The position numbers and the translations under genes were made by a program. From assembly GCA_965202585.1 (NCBI GenBank), contig OZ241829.1, positions 7,378,001 to 7,442,000 on the forward strand: a stretch of DNA of 64,000 bases. The letters run 5' to 3'. How positions within the stretch are numbered: the stretch's first letter is position 1; each line of letters opens with the position of its first letter. Positions 54,421-64,000 of this stretch are shown here, piece by piece. Under the pieces are notes generated by a model that ran no database searches, was not told where the DNA came from, and saw nothing but the letters and a program-made list of their open reading frames with translations. Origin of the DNA: Thalia democratica. Taxonomy: Eukaryota.

Positions 54421-55456
54421 CTTTTGTAATCAATTAAGTTAAAAACACCTGTCATGCATTCAGAGCCGAAGAAAAACAGTGAGAAAGGTTTTCAATCCAG
54501 TTACCAGTATGTTCCAGTATCTAGCAGTTCTATGGCTAATCAAAATTCTGTAATCCAGCAAAACAGTGCCAACTTTCCTACACTGAATGAACAAACAAGC
54601 AGTATAATACGCTCTTATGAACGAAGTGATCATCGAATATTATTGATGTCCGATATACTACTCGAAATGCTGGATATGGTAATAATATGATCCCTTCTGA
54701 TCAACAAAGGGCTTACGAACAATATCGTATACAAAATTTAACAAATAACATGAACGGCGGATTACCCCAACCAGCCAATAGCGGAATGAGGATATCGAGT
54801 GGTGTTGAAAATTACCCACATTTTACAGTTTCTTCTGACACTCCAAAAGACATTCTTTAAGTAGTTCTGCTCAGCTATTTTCTCCAAAATTTAATGGTAT
54901 GAGACCTTATAAGACCAACCAAGCACCTTCTACGACAAATATCGCTCCTACAAAGTACTTGACTAATACTGATTTAACTGCTTCTAGAAAAAATAGTACT
55001 TCAAACGTTTTTGGTCCTACACGCAGTTATGATCCACCTGTATCGAGATTTTTCGGAAGTTACCTTCAAAAAGAACCTAACACCAGTAATTACAACTTGC
55101 TTATGCTCGATTTCAATCGTGTAAACTTCACTTTAAGCAGGGTCATAAGAAACCAGCAGTCAGATCACAGGCTATTGGAAGGACTCGAGCAGCAAGTAGA
55201 CAGTAACCACAAAACGTATGAAAGTCGCTTTGATTTGCTTGATCAGAGTGCAGCTGATAGTCAAAACTGTTTTGGTAACATTGTCAAGCGCTTTGACTAT
55301 TTTGATAAACTTCATGATGATGCAAAAGGCGAAAGAACGCAAAGGTGCTCAACCATTGCAAGTGTGTTACAAGTCGTTTTTCTAATTGCTATAATTGTGT
55401 TATTGTCTGTACAGTTGTACTACATTAATCAGCTCTTTTCTAGTTTCTCTGAATAA
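54421..55456 (+). pseudogene. Family-X gene copy X1 (Ser/Thr/Asn-rich, coiled-coil, C-terminal TM), with two frameshifts
   Basis: Three reading frames (54454-~54628, ~54630-54848, ~54849-55456) together align with the intact 58856-59734 protein. The upstream intron donor reads AT instead of GT. Confidence 0.8.
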
Positions 55457-58400
55457 TCTTTATAAACTAGTTACAGACTTTTCTCTGAGCTCTTCTTTTT
55501 ACTGTGTTACTTTTATAAATTAATTTGAGTATTTTTTTCACACGCTTTAAATTTATATATGTGTACATATTTTACTTTTTAAGTTGTTTATTCAGCGGTT
55601 CAAGTTTAATAAGTATTTATAAAATTGAAAAGTTAGTATACTATATTACTTTTGAGTTTATAAAAATTAATTGGTATCAGCATTAAACTGAAAAAAAAAA
55701 CTAACAATAGCGTAAATAAATAAACTAGAAAAAATAACTCTTTTTAAAATCGACATTTGAACATTTTTTGTGCCCTCATAACCTTTTGAAAACTGTTTTT
55801 AGGTTGGTGGACTAATATTCTAATTATGCACAATTTAGTTTTAACGTCTCATTTTATATTAGTAGTTAAGTATAAATTAATTAATTACCGTGTTTATAAG
55901 TATTAACTATATACCAAACGTCAAAAATAAATTTTAAGTGTACTGTTTGCGGTTTTTGAAAATTATTAAGGTATTCTTATTGTGTACATATAGTTAATTC
56001 GTGATTTTTAAATTGTTATGTTTTTTCCTTTTAATTTAGCTTTTCATAGTTTTCATAGTAGAATTGATTCGTATAAAATTTTTCCAATATTAACAATGTA
56101 ATATAATGATTGTAGGACTAGTTATCTTTTTTCACCAAAGTCTAAAGCTATAGCAAAATGTTTTTGTAAATACCGAACGAAATAACGAGAGCTTTAACAA
56201 CTTAACATTTAATTAGCTAAAGAGTAAAAATTTCTAAAAAAAAACTCTCAAATCATTTTGTTCAAACAATTTTGAAAAATTTAATAACACAAAATAGATT
56301 ATTCATGTTTTTATTGGTTTTTAAAAACTTTGTTAAAATGTTATATATAAAAAGCATTTAATTTCATCAATACGAGTTAATTTAAGTTAAACTGATAGGA
56401 TTAAAGCATTTAACGAGTTAAAAATTTTTTAAGTACAATGAAAATAACGCATAAAAAATGTAGTCAAAAAACTTCATGTGTTGAAAGACTTTTTTATCAT
56501 CTAGTTACGCACCAAGTAATTACTTTATCATTATTGTTTTATAAAAGTACTATTAAACATGTAATTTTGTATTAAAAAATAATTAGAATACATAACTATA
56601 TATCATAAGAAAAACAATGTACAAAACGATATTTAGTTTTGATTAAATTTACATGAAAATTTAAGTGGTTTGATAACTAGTAAAGTTAGCTTAGCTTAAA
56701 CTAATTACTTATGCCTAGTAAATTGTTTTGAGTTGTAAATATTTATCTTAACCTATAACAAAAAAATACACTTACGTAAGTTAACAAGAAAAACGCAATA
56801 AAATTGCTTATTAGAACACTTTTAAAAAAGACAATAAATACATAATGTCCCATAAAAAAGAACAACCAAAGCTACCAGTAATTATTTAACAGAACCATTT
56901 TAAGTAAACAAACCACCAATGTGTATTAAATTTTACACTTTAATTTTAAATATTTTTCACTAATATTGTTATATGACTTTTCAAATTTGGACAATTAAAA
57001 TTCTGCCTATTAAAAATCCAAAAAAAAAGTAAAGGGCCACAGCTCAAAAAGTTATATATGGTACAAAAGCGTTTGTAGGTATAACTGCAATTTATAAAAA
57101 AAAACATCTTCATTTTCAATAAAAATGCTGATGGAAAATATCATAAAATTACTAAAGAACACTATTTTTTAATCCTTGTTGTAGCAATATAAACAAAATA
57201 TTAATATTTTTACAGTTTTTTAGGTAATAATTACAGATATATACACATATATTTTTCAAATATATTTAACGTTTGAGTTGTCGACTTTTTTAACGTTAAA
57301 TTCAAAACGAATGCTTAACACTTTTTATTAATGATTTACAGTAGTTTCTCTACAAATAAAAGTTAATTTTCATTATCATTTAATTTTAACAAACAATAAA
57401 ATTAATATACTTCAGTACGGAGTTTGGCGAATTTCGACCCGCATAACCTTTAGGTATTTAGTTATATCTATATTGTGCATTTTACTTTTAAACCGCTTAT
57501 GCAGTAGACTCCCGCTTGAACTGCTCACATCAAAAGCTTTAACAGTTTTCTTGTTCGATTGTGTATAAACTTCTGCTTATTTTGATCTTTTATTTCAATC
57601 GATGATCAATATCAAGCATGAAATTTTTATTTAAATGAAAAAAAACACCGTGGCATGGGTTTTTAGTAAAAGTAACTCGTTCTACGCAAAAGGCTGTTGA
57701 TTAGGCTGCTGATAAATGCGGCGACCATTGAGTTTTCTGCTAAAATTTTTTAACTACCACACAACCATCTTGTACAAAAATTTAGCTGATTTTTAAAAGT
57801 TTTTATAGACGTGACAAAAAGTGGTAAAAGTTACGTAAAATCAAAAAGCTCCTCAAGCCACCGAAGCCACCCCACTGTTTATTGTTTTTTATTTTCTTAC
57901 GAATCAATATTACGATAGGAAGGCATAATGAGGTATTAAATATTGAAAAATCAATAAGTATTTTTTGTTGTAAAATTATTTTTTTGTTTGAAAACTAAAA
58001 TACTTCGAATTATGCTTAAAGTAAAACCTGGTATTAATGTAAGATACAATTTTAATTAGTTAAGTAACAATTGATTTTTTATCAGACGATTATTAACAGC
58101 TATACAGTTTATAAAAAAAAAGTATAAATATTTGATAACATAAATGCACATCTGTTCTCTTTATTAAAAAAGCGCTTCTAAGTTTATTAATTTCAGTCAG
58201 TATAAAAGAAAATTAATTTTGTGCTTTGTAATCAGTTGTAAGTTACTTTCAAGACTGTAGAAATCAACAGTAAGTATAGATTGCAGCATAAGTTAACATT
58301 ATAGACCTCAAACATTGTTAAAATAAGATTGTTCTATAACATATTTAATTCTAAGAGCTTAGTCAATTAAACTTTTTCGACCATATTCAGGAGTTAAGAC

Positions 58401-58855
58401 AAAAGTTTCTTCAAACTTTAATTTATACTTATGTTGAAAAAAGTTAGATTTTAAATTAACAAAATTATATAAATTATAATATTAAGTTAACAGATACACA
58501 ACAAAATTCAGTAAAAATTAATCATAACTTTTACTCATAAATATTTTACCAATTAATAGTATTTAGTCAAAGATAAATCACGCGTTTTATAATACAGTGC
58601 TTATTAGTTGATCTTCAGTACAACTTTTTTATTAAATACCTAACAAATTTTGAAAAATTACTTTTTATAAATAAACCATACCGTACTTGTGTAGTTATAA
58701 AGGTCTGTTAATTATAGTATAATAAGTAGAAATATTTTATAAGTAAAAAAAATACAGTTTACAATCATAATAATTGTAAGTGTTTTCTTTGAATATTTTC
58801 AAAATAATGTTTGTTCTTGCAGCTTTTGTATTTGATTAAATTTAAAACACCTGTC

Positions 58856-59734
58856 ATGCATTCACACCCGGAGAAAAACAGGGAGAAAGGTTTTCAATCC
58901 AGTTACCAGTATGTTCCAGTATCTAACAGTTCTACGACTAATCAAAATCCTGGAATCCAGCAAAATAGTGTGATTGTTCCTACACTGAAGCAGTTTTCTG
59001 AACCAACAAGCAGTATAATACGCTTTGATGCATTAAGTGCTTCAACATCCTCAAATGTTGTTCACTCTAGTGGACAATATTCTACTCAAAATAATGGATC
59101 TGGAAACAGTATGATGAAGGGCGGAGTGCCTCAACCAACAAACTGTGTGATGAAAACGTCTTTACCGAGTGGTGTTAAAAGTTATCCAGCTTCTACAGTT
59201 TCTTCTGACGCAAGTAGCATAGCTCCATTACTTGCTGCCAGTTCTAGTAATTCGCGGTCAATAAACACGGTTACAAATCAAGTACTTTCTACAACAAATT
59301 TAGTTCCTATGAACTATTCGGCTAACAATGACTTATCAAATTATGGAAGTTTTATACAAAGAGGTTATCAACCGATCCAATCCCACCCTATCGATGATGA
59401 TGACACCTCTAACCGTGTATCAATATTTCGTTTCAACTTCATAAACCACACATTGAACGAAGTTGTAAGAAACGAGCAAGCAGTTATCAATCGACTAAAT
59501 GGTATTGAACGGCAAATCAAAGACAACCAAGAAGCGTCTGTGAGATGTTTTAATTTGTTGAATCAGAGTGCAGATAGTATACAGAAGTGTTTTGATAGAC
59601 GTTTTGATGATCTTTATAAAAAGTTTAAGAAATTTATAACGGTTGCATTTATTGTTGGTATAATCTTGAATATTTTCTCTTTTGTATTAATTATAATGTC
59701 GGCTGCACAGTTGTACTATATAAACCAGCTGTAA
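58856..59734 (+). CDS. Family-X protein X2, 292 aa from MHS: low-complexity N-terminus, heptad-like region, C-terminal hydrophobic helix (predicted tail-anchored membrane protein)
   Basis: Uninterrupted ORF whose C-terminus is FITVAFIVGIILNIFSFVLIIMSAAQLYYINQL*. A 47-nt GT-AG intron (58776-58822) upstream is conserved in paralogs. The track's TTG start at 58811 lies inside that intron. Confidence 0.8.
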   Translation: MHSHPEKNREKGFQSSYQYVPVSNSSTTNQNPGIQQNSVIVPTLKQFSEPTSSIIRFDALSASTSSNVVHSSGQYSTQNNGSGNSMMKGGVPQPTNCVMKTSLPSGVKSYPASTVSSDASSIAPLLAASSSNSRSINTVTNQVLSTTNLVPMNYSANNDLSNYGSFIQRGYQPIQSHPIDDDDTSNRVSIFRFNFINHTLNEVVRNEQAVINRLNGIERQIKDNQEASVRCFNLLNQSADSIQKCFDRRFDDLYKKFKKFITVAFIVGIILNIFSFVLIIMSAAQLYYINQL

Positions 59735-60236
59735 TAATATTTCTCTAAATTATTTTATACATCACTTTTGGTGTTAAATTTATTTTCAAATGCTTTTTTA
59801 TGCATACAATTCCGCACGTTTTTTATTCTTTTCTTATTGGATGATAACTTATAATTTTGATAACTAGTGATCCAGAATTTAATGCTTAATAAAGCCTTCA
59901 TAGTTCTAATGTTAGTTTGTCATACTTTTAGTGTATAAAGCATAGTTATATTATTATTTTTCGGATTAAATGCTTTGAAAAACTAGAATAATTTTTTATT
60001 TAAGAATAATATATGAATAACATTATTGAAAAATAATTTGATACTTGTTGAAAAAAACAATTATTTGTTTTTTATTTGACAAAATTTCCTCACTACGTTT
60101 TATTTTATTGGTATGTAGTTGATATTAGTTTTAATTGCTATAAACGAAAAGTTTTTGATTTCTTGGTACTTCAAATCATTTTAAATAGTTACAGAAAGCA
60201 ATAAACGAAAAGAAAGATAAATATTGATTAAATAAT

Positions 60237-63200
60237 AAAAAGATAAATAGTATCAGCATTATATATACTAACTATAAAACAAGAAAATAATTCACAAAAA
60301 AAATAGAAATGAAGAAAAGCAACCTACCTTTAAGGAGCTGTAACATAGATGCTAATTAAAGTAAAAATTCTTAGTTATTGAAAATAGTTAAACTAAAAAA
60401 ATAAGATTAAAAAAGTCAACGAAATTTTGTTAGTTAAAAAGATTTGCAGTGCGGACTCGAACTCGGGTCTCTGGATTGGAAGGCACCGGTGGTGACCTCT
60501 CCGCCATGATTCCACTTGGATACTATTACATTTTCGAGTATACATAACAAAATTATTTTCATAATCGATGTTTTGGCAACTATCAATGAAACTCGAACCC
60601 AAAATATTTTATTGGAATAAGCACAATGGAGTTAATTTGAAACTGTATCAAAAAGTAGTGTATAAATACAACATTAAACAATTTTTGATGATTTTTATAC
60701 CTTTCAAAGACAGTTCACTTGTTATCACACTATTTCACAGTCAGTTAGTTTTACTAATAATCTAATCGCAACCCTTACCGTTGGTCAGTAATTTTTTTTC
60801 TTAACATATTCAAAGAAAGCTTTTTTGTATCATTGCTCATTTTTCGAAAAAAAACTGGAAAACTTACAAAAAGTCATAAAAATAACATAAAATCAAAAAT
60901 TCCACAACAAAACTTCATTTGAGTCGTTTCAAAATGTTCACAATCTGTTTGTGTGTAGCCACATTTAAAATAAATCAGCTTAAAACTCCAAGGTCGCTTT
61001 TTTTTGATCCCATTTTGCATTGGCGTGGAAATTAGAAAATCGGTTAGAGGTAAGGTGAAAGTTTCTTCAAATCATTTAAGTCAACACAGAAAAATTAACA
61101 CCAAAGCATAACTTTTTTAACAACTTTTCTAACCATATTTTAGTTCTTTGTGTTTTTTTTTAATAAAATTAGAACTATTCTATTCAATTTATGTTTTTTG
61201 AATTAAGTTTATACTATTCGTTGATATTTGTAAATACCTTCTGTTACGGAATTATTGTTTTGAAAACGAAATACTTTTGTACATAGTAAAGTTAAAGAAT
61301 AATTTAAGATGCTGACTAGTTAAACCTAAAATATTGATAAAATTTTATCAATAAAAGTGTGTACCACCGGACTCGATCTCGCGACCTTCTACTCACGCAT
61401 CGGGTCGGCGATCGCTGAACCACACAACCACTTGCTTGTTGACTTCAATGCTGGTATATAAACTTTAAAAACTTTAGATTTAAATAAGTTCATTTAGTAC
61501 TTATTAGTTTACCTTTCTGTAAATTGCTATTATTTTTTTATTTGAAACATATTTACAAAGATAAGACTGTTTTTTTTTTGCACATAACGTTTACGTGAAT
61601 TTTAATACTTGAAAGTTTTCCATTCAAAAGCTGCATAAGCAGAGCAAGTGTACTTATTAAAGGCAGTTTTGATTTTTGTTGCTTAAATCTAATTTAAAAG
61701 AACAAAACTGATTAAATGCTTTGATAATAAGAAAAATTCAGCGTGCAAAAACTTTTTTTTGTACATTTAAAGTATTAAAACTTTATAAATTAAACAAACT
61801 TATCCAGCTTTAATTAGCTATTATGGCAAAACAGATGCAAATATAACCTAACAGTTTATATATTATCGAAAATCAGAACTAAAGCAAAGGAGATATATTT
61901 CAAAATTAAAATCAACATTATAACAGCATTTATATCACAAAGCAAAGTTTTAGAAACATCACAAGCATTTACGTTGTCGTTTTGATATTTTGTTGAACCA
62001 GCCAGTAATGAAAATTATATGGGTATGAATAAAATGTGGTAGAATATCTAAACTTTTAAATCATCAATGCCAGGAATTCTAATTTACCTGCCTGGACTTT
62101 TATGTCAAATAAATTCACGTGGTTGCTTATAATGCTGATAAATTTAAGATTATTGATTGTAATGTCTAATTAAGCAGAAGTATAATAAAGAATGTAAGGC
62201 TGAACTACATTAATCCCAGGCGTTTCTACAGTTAAAAGACCAAGTTTACCCTTCATTTTACATAGACGAAATGATTTGATTTTTTAAAATAATGAAAAGT
62301 GTTAAGGTTAACCGAGAAAAAAAAGATACTTTAAAAAACTTAAACTTAGTAGATGTACTTCAAAACATAGGTAAGTAAGGATATTAATGTCTTTCAAACT
62401 AATTAACAGCAAATTTATGCTTAGATATAAGACATTAGAAAACATTGTATATGATACACATAAAAAACCCTGTAGACCAAAACCTTGGCTTAGATGGCAC
62501 TAAATAATTGTTATTAAAATATAACTAAAAATAAAAACTTAAAATTATAATGGTACTTAGTCGGTGTAACGGTATTTGATTTATTTTATCAAAAGTACAG
62601 AGCTGGTACCTACCATTGTTTATTTATTTTAACACATACGGTGGTAAATAAAGTTATATATAATGGTTAAATCTAATAGAGACCTTTAAACTCATAAAGG
62701 CTCTAAATGGAATTTTATTTGAACTGTAATTATTACTTAAAAGAAACAGTTTAATGTTTTAAATTTATAGCTAAATACATATGTTGTTTGTGATATAAAA
62801 CTAGAAACGATCATGTAAATCATATAAAAATTAGATTCATTTATATACAGCATTAAAATATTTAAGAGCTAATTGCCATATATATTTGTATCTGTTAGTT
62901 TAATTAAGATGCACATTATCCAATACATGGACATATAGTTAGTGTTATTCATTACTATATAAGTTGCTTTATTCAACTTAAAAATATAGAGCAATTAAAT
63001 AATTTATAAAACATACCATACACATACAACTTTAGTGTAAGTGAAATTTATGCTAAACTAAGTTTAAACTGTATAAGACTACAAAGTGATGACGTAATAA
63101 TAGTAAAAAGGTAAAAATGAAAAATATTACATAATTACTTGAAAAATCGTGGACAAAAACAGTCTGATTTATTAAAGTCTAACTTAAAAGACGCCTAAAC

Positions 63201-64000
63201 TGTTTTATACAAGTTAAGACGTAAATACTTACTTGTGTAAATGGAAAACTTTAGCGTAGATTTTCCAAAATTTAAGTTGTTGTGGAGTGACAACGATACT
63301 AATTAAAACGAGAAGTTAATGTACTCACTTACTTTGTATAGTTTATCAAGTAACCAACAAAAGATGTTATCAGACCTGCTGATCAACAAAGTAATAATAC
63401 ATATAATCAAAACAGTGGTCAAACTTGAAATAGACATATACCAAATGTTAAATGTAATATAAATTAAATCAATGTACCTACTACAGAATGTTACTTAACA
63501 TATAAGTTTTAGTAGATAATTATAAATGCCATAACAACTAAACAAATGATTAGCTTTGATGTATTACAAACTTGCCATAACTAACTTTCAATAGACCTTT
63601 ATACACAAACAAACTAAGATGTAATTTATTTACTAGACATACTAGGTATTTAATACTGTGTAACAATGTAATTAGTTAAATGACGACAATAAAATGATCC
63701 TGATAAATAAAATTACAAAGTAAGTTGAAGTGTTTATTATAGAATAATACCAGGCTGTCTACTACAAATCTGTAGCGTTTGTAGTACGACACCAAAGATA
63801 CATACTATAAAACATAAAACTTTACTTGTAATTTATATATGTTAATATTGAGTTTAAAAGAAAAATAACATACCGAAAAATTGTGCGTAACTACTCGTAC
63901 ATCAAGCAAAAAACTAATTAGGTGCCGACCAGCATAAGGACGCGGCCTAAAGGACGGCTTTCGTTATTTGTGCAAAAGTCCCGGGAGCAAGAGCTGCTCC
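60237..64000. repeat. Shared core block, copy 5 (right-truncated by window edge)
   Basis: Collinear with 27332-31080. Confidence 0.95.

Noticed and set aside
59560-59734. Family X as a KASH-domain or bona fide SNARE protein
   Set aside because: There is no luminal PPPX tail and I cannot verify a SNARE zero-layer motif by eye; only the general architecture is supported.
1-64000. Core blocks as LTRs of a retrotransposon, or an rDNA array
   Set aside because: No gag/pol/RT/integrase or transposase ORF, no TG..CA termini or PBS seen, and no rRNA-like sequence.

Overview
Very AT-rich eukaryotic genomic DNA with GT-AG introns, some only ~47 nt; probably an animal, but the taxon cannot be determined. 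The window is a head-to-tail array of 15-18 kb segmental duplications. The same anchor sequence recurs at 1, 14748, 29865, 44997 and 62786, defining units A, B, B', C and a partial fifth. Each unit has a near-identical ~7-7.6 kb non-coding core carrying tRNA-derived elements, GC-rich hairpins, MITE-like inverted repeats, a 103-bp tandem repeat and a 20-codon sORF module. A variable cargo follows the core. The cargo contains a divergent CLK/LAMMER-like (CMGC) kinase family with 5 copies: one frameshifted, one inverted last exon, two intact but with altered catalytic residues, and one 5'-truncated. It also contains an unrecognised family ('X') of Ser/Thr/Asn-rich, coiled-coil, C-terminally membrane-anchored proteins with 4 copies: one intact, one frameshifted and two inverted 5' fragments. 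A decayed 3-exon fragment of Spt5 (KOW region), missed by the ORF track, lies in unit A. All coordinates, alignments and counts were done by eye; no database search or folding program was run.
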